Positions 26,388-37,198 of a DNA stretch of 64,000 nucleotides are shown here, piece by piece. A program made the translations under genes and the position numbers. Source of the stretch: Promethearchaeia archaeon (lineage in GTDB: Archaea > Asgardarchaeota > Lokiarchaeia > Sigyniarchaeales > SOKP01); the NCBI GenBank assembly GCA_046483985.1, contig JAWOCD010000040.1:56409-120408 (forward strand). Direction: 5' to 3'. The notes beneath the pieces were generated by a model. It made no database searches, was not told where the DNA came from, and was given only the letters and a program-made list of their open reading frames with translations. Position 1 is the stretch's first letter, and every line of letters starts with the position of its first letter.

Positions 26388-28301
26388 ATGGTATCATCAA
26401 AAACTTCAGCAGAAACTATAAGCATTGAAACTGATGTACTCAGTCAAGAGAACCTGGATAAGTTAAAGGCACTAAATAATGAAAAAATATTACAAGTCGT
26501 TGGAGAATTCGTCAAGATATGTAAACCTTCCAAAGTAACCGTAATTACGGATTCCGAAGAGGATATCCAATATGTGCGGGAAAAATGTATTGAAATCGGT
26601 GAAGAGCGAAAATTAGCCACGGAAGGACATACTGTGCATTTTGATGGATTCCAAACTATGGAATATCATGACCAAGCCCGAGATAAAGAAAATACCCGGA
26701 CACTCATTCCTGAGGGCGAATATGAATCACCGTGGATTAATACGATTAATAGAAAGGATGGACTTGACGAGATTCTTGACATTATGGATGGATGTATGCG
26801 TGGACATGAATGTCTCGTCCGATTCTTTTGTCTTGGACCCACAGATTCTAAGTTCTCAATCCTAGCCTTACAATTGACCGATAGTTTTTATGTTGCTCAT
26901 AGTGAAGATCTTTTATATCGCAAGGGATACGAACAATTCAAGAATATGGAAAATTCCGATGATTTCTTCTATTTTATTCATTCATCGGGCGAATTAATCG
27001 GAGATCCCCCTGTGACGAAAAATATCGATAAACGACGTATCTATGTTGACTTAGAAGAGGACCGCGTATTAAGCGTGAACAATCAATATGCAGGAAATTC
27101 GCTTGGACTCAAGAAGCTTGCACTGCGATTAGCGATTCATAAATCCAGTCGCGAAGGGTGGTTAGCGGAACACTTTTTTGTTTTAGGAGTCCATCCCAAA
27201 GATAAGGAGCGCGTTTCTTACTTCTGTGGTGCCTATCCCAGCGGTTGCGGAAAGACCTCAACTGCCATGCTTCCAGGACAAACAATCGTCGGAGACGATA
27301 TTGCCTATTTGCGTCAGTGGGAGGACGGACATTGTCACGCAGTCAATATCGAACAAGGCGTGTTCGGTATCATCCGAGATGTTAATAAAAGGGATGACCC
27401 AGTGATATACGAAACAATTACGAACCCAAAAGAGGTTATCTTTTCAAATGTCTTGATTAACAACGGAGAGCCTTATTGGTTAGGGATGGAAGATGATACT
27501 CCAAAAGAAGGATTTAACTTTTCAGGAAAATGGTGGGAAGGAAAAGTTGATGAGAATGGAAGGAAAATTCCGCTCGCGCATCCAAACGCTCGATATACTG
27601 TAAGAATCGAAGAATTGAAAAATGCAGATCCCAACCTTCATAATCCTGATGGCGTCCCTCTTAATGCAATCTTCTATGGAGGGAGAGATTCAGATACCAT
27701 GCCACCCATATTAGAAAGTTTAAATTGGGAGCATGGAGTTTTCTTCGGGGCCTCCATCGAATCGGAAACCACTGCACAAACTCTAGGGAAAACCGGCGTT
27801 CGCAAGGCCAGTCCAATGGCAAATTTGGATTTTATTGTGGTACCTTTGGGCAAATATCTCAAAAATTATCAAAAGTTCGGAAAAACAATTGAAAATCCCC
27901 CAAGGATCTTTGCAACGAATTATTTCCTAAAAGATGAAGATGGAAATTACTTAAACGGTATGTTGGATAAACTCATATGGGTAATGTGGGCAGAAGGGCG
28001 TACACATGGAGAGTTTGATGCTATCAAGACGCCCGTAGGATATCTTCCAAAATACGAAGACCTCAAGACATTGTTTAAGAAATACCTCAATAAGGAGTAC
28101 AAACGGGAAGCTTATGAAAGGCAATTTGGAATTCGAGTAGAAAATCTCTTAAAGAAAATCGACCGTATTGGCAACATGTTTAAACGAGGAGATAATGTAC
28201 CTCAATTCTTCTGGGATATACTGAACTCCCAGCGAAAACACTTGAAAGAACTAAAGAAAGACAACGGAACGGATATTATTCCACCATCTACGTTCCAATA
28301 A
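26388..28301 (+). CDS. pckG: Phosphoenolpyruvate carboxykinase (GTP)
   Basis: 'YAGNSLGLKK','WLAEH','AYPSGCGKTS','VGDDIAY','HPNARY','YGGRD'; ATG at 26388 preferred over TTG 26376. Confidence 0.93.
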   Translation: MVSSKTSAETISIETDVLSQENLDKLKALNNEKILQVVGEFVKICKPSKVTVITDSEEDIQYVREKCIEIGEERKLATEGHTVHFDGFQTMEYHDQARDKENTRTLIPEGEYESPWINTINRKDGLDEILDIMDGCMRGHECLVRFFCLGPTDSKFSILALQLTDSFYVAHSEDLLYRKGYEQFKNMENSDDFFYFIHSSGELIGDPPVTKNIDKRRIYVDLEEDRVLSVNNQYAGNSLGLKKLALRLAIHKSSREGWLAEHFFVLGVHPKDKERVSYFCGAYPSGCGKTSTAMLPGQTIVGDDIAYLRQWEDGHCHAVNIEQGVFGIIRDVNKRDDPVIYETITNPKEVIFSNVLINNGEPYWLGMEDDTPKEGFNFSGKWWEGKVDENGRKIPLAHPNARYTVRIEELKNADPNLHNPDGVPLNAIFYGGRDSDTMPPILESLNWEHGVFFGASIESETTAQTLGKTGVRKASPMANLDFIVVPLGKYLKNYQKFGKTIENPPRIFATNYFLKDEDGNYLNGMLDKLIWVMWAEGRTHGEFDAIKTPVGYLPKYEDLKTLFKKYLNKEYKREAYERQFGIRVENLLKKIDRIGNMFKRGDNVPQFFWDILNSQRKHLKELKKDNGTDIIPPSTFQ

Positions 28302-28839
28302 ATATTCTTTTATTTCTTTTTTGAAATTTCAAATTCTTCTTAACATCTTATTTTTCTTTTTCATCTTCAATTACTAATTTTCTTTTACTTTCATAATAAT
28401 TGGAATCTTCACATTTTATTAATTAGTATCTTGGGCCAAGAGTCTTATTATCTGAGGAAAGATATATTCGCAAATATCGAGGTTGGAGGCCCCGTGCAAA
28501 TTGATAGGATAACGACCTTCAGCAATCTCTCTGTTTCCTTTAATCAAGCGGACCAGATCCAGGAAAAAATCCTTTGATGGTTCTCGACTGCCATAGTCTG
28601 CTTGGCAGTATCATGCCGAAGTAAATGAAGGAGGAGGTAGAGTTTGAATTCCTCTAAGCGAGGAGGAAATTATTTTTTATTTATTTTTTAAACTAAAAAG
28701 GTCAAAACTTATATATTCAAAAATGTTAGATCAAAACTGAAAAATTCTAAAATTTTTCTAATTTTTATTAAAAAAATTGATTAGAGAATAACTAAGAAAA
28801 ATGAAAAAGAAAATAAATTTAATTAAATGATAGTTGGAA

Positions 28840-30429
28840 TTAAGGTTGGAAGCCTTCTTCTTCAGCCGAACTTGATTTTATGATCCTGTCTATCCTTAGG
28901 ATTAGTGTGGCAAGTTCATTTCCTGATTTAATAATACTTTTCGGGAGCTCTGCGGGTTCCACAAGACCGTATTTTAGATTATTTTGAATGGTATCGGCCA
29001 CTGTATCAATTCCGATCCATTTATCCTCCTCGGTTTTATGCGCTGCGCGTAACTCTGTAATCCGTTCTATTTCTTCTAAACCCGCATTACGAATAAGGGT
29101 AATTGGAATCTCTTCCAAGGCTAATGCAAATCCATTAATTGCCAGAGATTCCTTACCAGATACTTCATTTGCATAGGTTTTCAATTTTTTTGAAAGTTCA
29201 ATATACGTGGCTCCTCCTCCAGCAACAACTTTTTTTGTATCTAATATATGAGCCAGAACAGAAAGCACATCGTGCATTGCAATTTCGGCAGTATTCAGTA
29301 CATTGTCCAAACCTCCTTTCAGTAAAATCGTCACAGATCCGGGATTTTCACAGCCTTCAAAGATAGTGTAATCGTCCATGCCAATTTCCTCAAACCTGAC
29401 CTTCTGAGCATAGCCAAGATCCTCTTCTGAAGTGTTCTTTACGTCATCCACTAATTTTGCGCCCACAGCTTTTTCAACGGTTTCAATGTCATCCTTTCCA
29501 ACATTCTTAATCCCTACGATTCCTTCCTTGGCCAACATTGCATTAAATTTGTCAGCTTGGTCATGGCTATTGATCACCATATCTACCCCCAGATCCGTAA
29601 AGATCTTCAAATAGGATTTAAGCATATTGATTTCTTCATCCTTAAATTTCTGGATATCCTCGGGTTTTTGAATTTTGATATTTGCATCATATTCTCCCGT
29701 GCCTGGCTTTATTTTTTTCCGGATTACAGCAATTTTCGCATCTGTGATAAGATCGGGCATATTCATATGTTCTTTTCCTTTTTTAAGATAGATGCCGTTG
29801 ATCAATTCTGAATCGCTTAATGACTTTCCAGGAGATTTCACCAATTTAATATCATTAACATCAGTCAAGGTTTTATTTCCTTTGACGATTCTTACAGCCT
29901 CTAACGCCAAATCAGCGAAAAAATCTTTAAAACTAAAGACTCCCCGGGAATTCATCGCAGTTTTTGCCGCATTCAATAACATTTCTTCATCTTCTTCGGA
30001 AATCGTCTCTGCGATCTGATCCACTATGGAAATCGCTTTTGTAGCTGCTTTTTTATACCCTCTTGTAATGCTTTGAGGGTGAATCCCTTGTTCGGTTAGT
30101 TCCAACGCTTTTTCCAGCAAAGATGCGGTAAAAATAACGGCAGAAGTGGTGCCATCCCCGATCTCATCATCAATAGACTTGGCTAAATTGACCATCATAT
30201 TAGCACTCACATTTTCGATATCGAGCTGCTTTAAAATCTCTGCGCCATCGTTGGTGATGGTGCTATCTCCAAGAGAATCTACAATCATCTTATCCATTCC
30301 TTTGGGACCAAGTGTGGATCTCACTGCTTCTGCAACTGCTTTCATCGCCTTCACATTGCGTTCTCTGGCTTCCTTTTCTCGCTTTTGTTCTGTACCTTCC
30401 CTCAATACTAATATAGGAACTTGAGACAT
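28840..30429 (-). CDS. Group II chaperonin (thermosome) subunit
   Basis: 'RSTLGPKGMDKM','ITNDGA','GDGTTS','GGGA'. Confidence 0.95.
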   Translation of the reverse strand: MSQVPILVLREGTEQKREKEARERNVKAMKAVAEAVRSTLGPKGMDKMIVDSLGDSTITNDGAEILKQLDIENVSANMMVNLAKSIDDEIGDGTTSAVIFTASLLEKALELTEQGIHPQSITRGYKKAATKAISIVDQIAETISEEDEEMLLNAAKTAMNSRGVFSFKDFFADLALEAVRIVKGNKTLTDVNDIKLVKSPGKSLSDSELINGIYLKKGKEHMNMPDLITDAKIAVIRKKIKPGTGEYDANIKIQKPEDIQKFKDEEINMLKSYLKIFTDLGVDMVINSHDQADKFNAMLAKEGIVGIKNVGKDDIETVEKAVGAKLVDDVKNTSEEDLGYAQKVRFEEIGMDDYTIFEGCENPGSVTILLKGGLDNVLNTAEIAMHDVLSVLAHILDTKKVVAGGGATYIELSKKLKTYANEVSGKESLAINGFALALEEIPITLIRNAGLEEIERITELRAAHKTEEDKWIGIDTVADTIQNNLKYGLVEPAELPKSIIKSGNELATLILRIDRIIKSSSAEEEGFQP

Positions 30430-30754
30430 AATTTTACCTCAGTATAATTTTGTGTCGTGTTTAATTTTCTTTAATTATTTTAAGATTAATTTTATCTATA
30501 TTTTAATTAATTTACCTTCAAATTTATTTATAATGATCTCTAAATCATAATGATCAATAAAAAATATTTCCTATAGAAAAAAAGAGGAAGATTTAAATTC
30601 GAGCTAGGTAGATTCCAGATTTGATATAAATTCACATATCCCTTTTCTTATAAAACCTATTTTCTTTCTCGCTTGCTTTCCTTTTATCCCGTAAAAAATA
30701 AGAAATCTCATATCCAAATTACCCTAAAAGGAAGTAACTCACTATTAACTAAAC

Positions 30755-31225
30755 TCAGATTTGTACGTATGATTCGTTTTTATATTCTTTCAAGACCATA
30801 TTAGAAACAGAACGGGTAACTGGGTCTTTCTCGTTGATTTCTCTTATGAATTTATGGACCTCATCCGATTCTTTGAATCGACAAATGAGCGCTGCGGATT
30901 GCTCTCCTGTTGTATGAAATACGGAGCAAACCTCCTTTCTTTCAGCCAGATTGGATAAAATTTCAGCTGTATGTTTTCCATTAATTTGAATGCGAATTAA
31001 AAAGGTCAGTTTATAGCCCAACTTTTTGTTATTCAAGCGAATGGAATATCCTTGAATAATGTTATTATCCTTTAATTTAGCAATTCGATTGTGAATTGTT
31101 CCAATTGAAATACCCAGTTTATCCTGGATTACCCTGTAACTGGTATTTGAATCTTTTTGTAAAATGCGGATAATATCCCGATCTATGTCATCAAGCTTTT
31201 TCATAATAACATCCTTAAAAGTCAA
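30755..31225 (-). CDS. Lrp/AsnC-family regulator
   Basis: 'LDDIDRDIIRILQKD...SIGTIHNRIAKL...I.GY'. Confidence 0.9.
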   Translation of the reverse strand: MTFKDVIMKKLDDIDRDIIRILQKDSNTSYRVIQDKLGISIGTIHNRIAKLKDNNIIQGYSIRLNNKKLGYKLTFLIRIQINGKHTAEILSNLAERKEVCSVFHTTGEQSAALICRFKESDEVHKFIREINEKDPVTRSVSNMVLKEYKNESYVQI

Positions 31226-31406
31226 TTTCGTCCAGAAAATTTTTCTTCATATACGATTCATTTATAGTAGTGAAAAATATTTAAAATTTTTCTCCATTCA
31301 TCAAACAAAATCTAGAAAATATTAGAGCAAAGTGAAGATTGTTAAAAAAATATCCTAAATGGAAATAGAGAATGAAAAATTTTAATTTTAATATCTCTAT
31401 CAAGTA

Positions 31407-31823
31407 TTATTTATATACATCCTTGGGATCAAATACCATTTTCCCCTTATCGTGAAATTCGCCATCTTCCTCAAATTCTCGATAAAAACAGGAATAATGA
31501 CCTGTATGGCATGCAGCAACTTTTTGTTTGACCTTTAATAGGATCGTATCCGCGTAACAGTCCACGAAAACATGCTGAATTTCTTGGGTATGTCCGCTTT
31601 CTTCTCCCTTTTTCCATAATTTCTGGCGAGATCGGGACCAATAACAAGCAATGCCTGTCCGCAATGATTGCTTCACAGCTTCTTCATTTGCAAAGGCTAA
31701 CATCAAAATTTCATTTGTTTTATAATCTTGGGCAATCATAGGAACTAAATTCCCTTTAATTTTAGAAAAATCGAGTTTCTTGATAAATGTATCAATTTCC
31801 TCTTCTGAAAATGTTTTCGGCAT
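31407..31823 (-). CDS. hisI: Phosphoribosyl-AMP cyclohydrolase
   Basis: 'YWSRSRQKLWKKGEESG','DCYAD' (usually DCDxD),'ACHTGHYSCF'. Confidence 0.92.
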   Translation of the reverse strand: MPKTFSEEEIDTFIKKLDFSKIKGNLVPMIAQDYKTNEILMLAFANEEAVKQSLRTGIACYWSRSRQKLWKKGEESGHTQEIQHVFVDCYADTILLKVKQKVAACHTGHYSCFYREFEEDGEFHDKGKMVFDPKDVYK

Positions 31824-31896
31824 ATGACATCCAACTTTTTTTATTAGTATGTAAGATAAGGATTAGAATTATAAATATATTGACCAAAGAGTGATC

Positions 31897-33048
31897 TTAA
31901 TTTACGTTAAGCAGTTCACGAGCTTTATCAATCTGTTTTTTCTTCTTTTTGCGGTGCTCTTTGATAAACTTAACTACTTTTTCCACGCACTCTTTTTTAT
32001 GAGTTCCGCACAGTAACTCACCTTTTATACAGCGCTCAAAATCTTCCGCTAGTTTTTCATCCGATTCTTCAAATGCATACATCATAATCTTATAAATCAT
32101 ACATTTCTGCGGTTCTCCACCTAATTTCTCTTGCATTTCTCTATTTTTTCTCCCTCCCGTATAGGCCCCCATAATCTTTTTCCGAATGGACTTAATGGGC
32201 TCATCGAAAGTAAAATAGCTGTTGGGATTCCGTTTTGACATCTTATCAGTACCATCTAAGCCAGGTAATAATTTATGATATGTCGCACCTGGCAAGAAAA
32301 ATGCGGGACGGATGACCTTTCCATCCTCTTTTTTTTCTTTATAATAACGTCGTGTGAGATCGCGAGTCAATCGAATATGAGGATCCTGATCAATTCCAAC
32401 CGGGACAACTGTAGGCTGCACCCCATCCTTAATTTGCGGTAAGACTATATCGCCCACTTGGATCAGAGCGGCTAAGTATAACCCAAATGGCTTTTCTCCA
32501 TAAATGGCATTAACCATATTTTGGGTCAGAAGTCTCCCTACTTTAAAGGCAACATCCTTCACGATCGGTTCTTTTGATTGTCTCCAGATATATGCACTAT
32601 CCTCGTCCACTTTCAAGCCAAGAGCGAGGATATCTGCCAAATTATCTACAGCTGTTGCTTGAGCCTCCTCATAGGGGATACCATTATCTTCCCATGATTC
32701 GATATCCGCAATACAATAATAAGCTTTCCCTCCCATCTTCTGAAACTCCACAATTTCCATCGCGGTAGTGAGCGTTCCCAAATGAAAGGAGCCGGACGGC
32801 TTAATCCCACTCATAACAGCCCACGACTTATCTTGATCAATAGCTTTTGCAATGGTCTTAAGCTCTCGATGGCCAAATATAATTTTTCTGCGAATAAATC
32901 GATTTTCCATAAACTTTTGGCGCGTGAGTTCATCAATACGCTCGATTCCGAATTCATCGATTAACCTTGTGTAATCTTCCTCCAAAATGTTTGAAGAAGA
33001 CCACGGGTCTAAGTTAAAATTTCCAGACATTTGATAACCAATTCTCAT
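31897..33048 (-). CDS. trpS: Tryptophanyl-tRNA synthetase (archaeal type)
   Basis: 'PSGSFHLG','VPVGIDQDPH','KMSK','GELLCG'. Confidence 0.93.
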   Translation of the reverse strand: MRIGYQMSGNFNLDPWSSSNILEEDYTRLIDEFGIERIDELTRQKFMENRFIRRKIIFGHRELKTIAKAIDQDKSWAVMSGIKPSGSFHLGTLTTAMEIVEFQKMGGKAYYCIADIESWEDNGIPYEEAQATAVDNLADILALGLKVDEDSAYIWRQSKEPIVKDVAFKVGRLLTQNMVNAIYGEKPFGLYLAALIQVGDIVLPQIKDGVQPTVVPVGIDQDPHIRLTRDLTRRYYKEKKEDGKVIRPAFFLPGATYHKLLPGLDGTDKMSKRNPNSYFTFDEPIKSIRKKIMGAYTGGRKNREMQEKLGGEPQKCMIYKIMMYAFEESDEKLAEDFERCIKGELLCGTHKKECVEKVVKFIKEHRKKKKKQIDKARELLNVN

Positions 33049-33215
33049 ATATTTTTTTAACTTTAATTGGTTAAATAAATTCGTTATTCTTAAAGAGTTT
33101 TCATATCTGAGATTTACTAAGGAAAAGGCCTTAGATTAAGACGAGAGAGAAATTCCAAAACAAAAAGGGATGTTTAAGAATGATTAGAAAGATGGGATTA
33201 TGAAATCATAATTTT

Positions 33216-34154
33216 TTAGACAAGATCTTTCAAAATCACGGTGAGTTCTTCTAGAAAGTCCGGGAAAGTCTCAGTTAAGTTATCTTGCAGTTGTTTTTCA
33301 AGCAAAACAGATACATAAAAGGGGTGATCATTCACAGTTATTCGATGCAAATAGGAGACCAGATTATCTTCCATCATAAAAAAATTGAAATCCGTCTCGA
33401 CCTCTTCTTCCTTCATTCTTTTAAGCAAATAGAGATGTTCTTTAATGGATTCTAGCAGCTCCACGTAAATTTCTGGTTCAATTCGTTGGCTATAAAATTC
33501 GCTCACGATGATCCCATTTTTATCAAATAATATTAAAGATTGACATTCAAATTCATCCAATGTATAGACTTCCAATAATTCAGACAATTCAAAAAATTTC
33601 TTGTCAAAAACTGAGAGGCCATATGAGATTAATTGAATTATAGAAATTATATCAAAAATAGAGGATGATTGGAACAGCAGCTGAAAGGAAGAATATCGTT
33701 CTGAGATTTTTTGTTGTAGTTCTTCCATATTATGAAGGAGTTTTTGATTATTCCGGATTTCGGGATCCATTTTATGAAAAGTCACTATTACTGGAATATC
33801 CATTTCCTCTTCTTTAAAATAGTTCATAATTGAGTCTAAGTAATTAAGAGATTTAGCATATGCTTCTTCATCTTGAATATCAATAACGTAGAGGAATAGA
33901 TCGATATCCGCAAAATACATATCTTTATCCTCAATATATGTAGCCCGATATTTTTTTTGGCCACCCATATCCCAAAAATAGACTTGATTGCCCAAGAAAT
34001 CTGTTTTATGATATTTCACTTTGACCGTTGGTCTTAACTCTTCGATCTCTTGTAGAAAATCAAATTTATTATCAAGTGCGGTCAGAATTGAAGTTTTTCC
34101 AGCGAAATCGAGGCCGCTAATGACTACTTTAATTATATTTGATCTATCTTGCAT
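33216..34154 (-). CDS. Arf/Rag-like small GTPase with C-terminal roadblock/longin-like domain
   Basis: G1 'GLDFAGKTS', G2 'PT', G3 'WDMGGQ', G4 'HKMD', G5 'SSI'; about 120-aa C-terminal extension 'LILFDKNGIIVSEF'. Confidence 0.85.
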   Translation of the reverse strand: MQDRSNIIKVVISGLDFAGKTSILTALDNKFDFLQEIEELRPTVKVKYHKTDFLGNQVYFWDMGGQKKYRATYIEDKDMYFADIDLFLYVIDIQDEEAYAKSLNYLDSIMNYFKEEEMDIPVIVTFHKMDPEIRNNQKLLHNMEELQQKISERYSSFQLLFQSSSIFDIISIIQLISYGLSVFDKKFFELSELLEVYTLDEFECQSLILFDKNGIIVSEFYSQRIEPEIYVELLESIKEHLYLLKRMKEEEVETDFNFFMMEDNLVSYLHRITVNDHPFYVSVLLEKQLQDNLTETFPDFLEELTVILKDLV

Positions 34155-34395
34155 AGTTAATTATAAATCTTATAGTAATGATATAATAAAGGCTTATTGA
34201 AATAGAAAAATATATATAATTTTAGAATTTTTTGATTGGCTCAATTTTTGGATCATTTCTCTACCATCAAATATCGCCCAATTTTTTCATATCCTCCTTA
34301 TATTCCCTTAATAATACAGCGATGTCATAGTATTTAATATAAAATCCTCGGTTAATTCTTTTCAAGAATATTGCTAAAACTAAAAATAATTATAG

Positions 34396-34644
34396 TTGGT
34401 GTATGGAATGGATAAAAATATTGATGATTTTATCGATTCGTTAAACTATCAGTTGCAGATAAAGGAACAGTTTTATAAGAAAATACCTTTTTCAGACCAA
34501 AAGAATATAAACAAAATGAAACCAACCTGTTTTACAGAGGAAGTGAAAGGTACTAAAAAGAATTACCAAGAGATACGGCGTCACAATATTTATAAGGTCT
34601 TAATAAAGGAATATATGCAAAAAGTAAAGAAAAAAAATATCTAA
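34396..34644 (+). CDS. Hypothetical protein
   Basis: Short ORF filling an intergenic gap; no motif. Confidence 0.4.
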   Translation: MVYGMDKNIDDFIDSLNYQLQIKEQFYKKIPFSDQKNINKMKPTCFTEEVKGTKKNYQEIRRHNIYKVLIKEYMQKVKKKNI

Positions 34645-34730
34645 TTTTTTTATTCTCTCTTTTTTTTATTGCGTTTCAGAAATTAAATATAGGCAATTTC
34701 AAATTTTCAGTTATAATGAACGTGATGAAG

Positions 34731-35153
34731 TTAGTCTCCCATAACTGTACAGTATATTTTTCGGTTTCTCGGTTTTTCGTCCAATTCAAGAAAGATAATT
34801 TGTTGCCATGTGCCTAATATTGCCTTTCCATTTTCCACCGGGAAGGTTTCGGAAGTCTTAACTAAAAAGCTTCGCAGATGACCAGCACCGTTGTGATCCC
34901 CCCAAGTATCATGATGCTTGTAATCCTTATCGTATGGAATAATTTTCTCAAGGAATTCTTCGATATCGTGTTTTACTAAACCCGGTTCGTATTCGGTGGT
35001 CGAGATGGCACCAGTAGAGCCAGCCACATGGACATTCACCATCCCTTTATTAATTCCACTATTGCCTACAATTTCTTGCACATTATCGGTCAGATCAATG
35101 ATATCACAATAAGGTTCGGTACTTATCGTGAAACTTTCAATTTTTGTTGGCAT
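34731..35153 (-). CDS. YjbQ/UPF0047-family protein
   Basis: 'GSTGAI...EYEPGL','YKHH','NGAGHLRS','LGTWQQI...ELD'. Confidence 0.9.
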   Translation of the reverse strand: MPTKIESFTISTEPYCDIIDLTDNVQEIVGNSGINKGMVNVHVAGSTGAISTTEYEPGLVKHDIEEFLEKIIPYDKDYKHHDTWGDHNGAGHLRSFLVKTSETFPVENGKAILGTWQQIIFLELDEKPRNRKIYCTVMGD

Positions 35154-35276
35154 ACCAATTCACAGAGGTATTTCTTTATTTGCTGAGAGTAAATAATGCT
35201 TTTTACAACAAAAATTTTATTAAAAATTTTGCGTTATCCAACGAAAGATTATTACATTCAAGAGAAAAGATATATT

Positions 35277-35702
35277 ATGGGAAACGATAAACTCGATGAG
35301 TTTTACGATAAGATTCACGACTCAAAAAATAAAATTCCGAAATATGCATCCATTAGTGTACGGCCAGGAAAAAAGGTGCTTGATTTTAAAATTAAAAAGA
35401 TGGCATCGAAAGTTCTTAAGATTATCGCACATGAAAAGGATAAAAAAGGCTGGTTTACTCACTCCTTTCACGTCCCTATTAAAAACTTAGGATTACCAGA
35501 TGATGCAAAAAATAAACACATCCTTCGATATTTTAACAATCCCCGGAGAATTCGGGGTGATCAAGGGACACGGGAGATATTGGAAGATATCCTAAGGAAA
35601 TACGTGGAAATTCTTCCAAAAAGGAAAAAACACTACTTCCGAACAAAAAGATTCAAAAAGAAAAAGGATTACTCAGCAGGAACGAAAATTAAAGGATTCT
35701 AA
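35277..35702 (+). CDS. Basic hypothetical protein
   Basis: Lys-rich ORF; start probably ATG 35277 (MGNDK). Confidence 0.6.
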   Translation: MGNDKLDEFYDKIHDSKNKIPKYASISVRPGKKVLDFKIKKMASKVLKIIAHEKDKKGWFTHSFHVPIKNLGLPDDAKNKHILRYFNNPRRIRGDQGTREILEDILRKYVEILPKRKKHYFRTKRFKKKKDYSAGTKIKGF

Positions 35703-35756
35703 CAAGCTAGTTCTTATTCAACTTTGTACTAGGTTTCAGAAAATAGATTACCCCGT

Positions 35757-36092
35757 TTATCTTATTTTAGTACCAGACGGGATATGAGCGGCGACATCTC
35801 TATCTAATTTTAAAATATACGGTTGATTGCCCACATCGGCGGCTAATAATAGTCCCTCGCTGCGTTTGCCCATTATTGTTCTTGGTTCGGCGTTTAACAA
35901 AACAATTACCTTGCTATTAACCAGTTGATCTGCAGAAAATCCTTCCGGAAGATTCGAGATAATTTGCCGAAACCCTTCAGTACCGCATTCTAATTCAAAT
36001 CGAAAAAAGTTCCGGGATTTAGGGATTTCTTCACAGGTTACTACGGTAGCAACCCGCAAATCCAACTTTGCCAATTCTCGTAATCTAATCAT
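35757..36092 (-). CDS. tRNA-binding OB-fold protein (Trbp111/CsaA/MetRS C-terminal-like)
   Basis: 'KLDLRVATV','RQIIS','N.EPRTIMG..SEGLLLAA','G.KIR'; start probably ATG 36092, overlapping the trmI stop. Confidence 0.85.
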   Translation of the reverse strand: MIRLRELAKLDLRVATVVTCEEIPKSRNFFRFELECGTEGFRQIISNLPEGFSADQLVNSKVIVLLNAEPRTIMGKRSEGLLLAADVGNQPYILKLDRDVAAHIPSGTKIR

Positions 36093-36990
36093 TTTCTTCG
36101 AGGTATCCTCCACCCAGTGGCATTCCTTCAAAACTGACCTTCTCTGGCTTCTCCGGTTTTATTCCTCTATATGGATTTTCTTGGTCGGCAATTTTTCGTG
36201 CAAAAATAAGATACCCGGTATGGCCTATCATACGGCCATTTGGTCTGGTAGCATTTTCCTTTATCTGTAAGTCTCGTTTTAAGAGTTCGCAGGCATTAAT
36301 TTCAAAAAAGCCTTGTTTTTTAAAGGCAAAATAAGTCTTTTTAACTTGTTCGATGGTTGGGGAAAATGAGACCACCGTCCCACTTAATTTGAGATATTTC
36401 TTTACTTTCTTTATGGCCTTCCATGGCTGAGCCAGATCTAGGACGACCGAGTCAATATTTTGGAACTCAAAATCGTCCTCAATTATATCTCCTTCCTGGA
36501 TGGACACAACCTCATCTAAACCCACTTTTTTTACATTATGCTTTGCTTGTTGCAACGACTTATGACGCACATCATAAGAGTAAATATGTCCATGTGAACC
36601 CACATAGGCACCCAGAATGCATGTTAAAGCACCAGACCCACATCCTGCCTCCAGCACCTTACTCCCAGGACCGATTCCTGAATACATCAAGATTAAACCC
36701 GCATCTTCTGGGTAGATGATCTGCGTTTTTCTCCGGATATGTTGCACATAGTCAGAGATTAACGGTCTTAGCACATAAAACTTGTATCCTTGGGTATCTC
36801 GAGGGCGAGAAAACACAACAGAGCCGTATGGTTTTCCGATAATGTCATCAAATTCGATATATCCCCGATGGGTTTGGAAATTCTCGCCAGGTTTGACTTT
36901 TACAATCCATCTTCGTCTATTATCTAAAATTAAGAATACAATACTATTCTTCTTGATGACATGATCCGATGAGTCGTTAATCGCATTCAT
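36085..36990 (-). CDS. trmI: tRNA (adenine-N1)-methyltransferase
   Basis: 'RKTQIIYPED','VLEAGCGSG','LDLAQPW','FSPTIEQV','HTGYL'. Confidence 0.93.
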   Translation of the reverse strand: MNAINDSSDHVIKKNSIVFLILDNRRRWIVKVKPGENFQTHRGYIEFDDIIGKPYGSVVFSRPRDTQGYKFYVLRPLISDYVQHIRRKTQIIYPEDAGLILMYSGIGPGSKVLEAGCGSGALTCILGAYVGSHGHIYSYDVRHKSLQQAKHNVKKVGLDEVVSIQEGDIIEDDFEFQNIDSVVLDLAQPWKAIKKVKKYLKLSGTVVSFSPTIEQVKKTYFAFKKQGFFEINACELLKRDLQIKENATRPNGRMIGHTGYLIFARKIADQENPYRGIKPEKPEKVSFEGMPLGGGYLEEND

Positions 36991-37198
36991 TTATAAAAAT
37001 TCCTTTAATTTTTTTTGTTCAATTATGTATTAATGTTTTATTTCTTATTTCATTTCTCCATTACTCTGGAAATTTCTTATAATTTGAAAGAATTTAGAAT
37101 TTATTTTCATAAAATATAAAAATTTTAGATTTTTTTCTATAGTAAGATTGAGAAAGAAACAGTTATAAATTCTTTTTATAAACATTCTTTGATTATCA

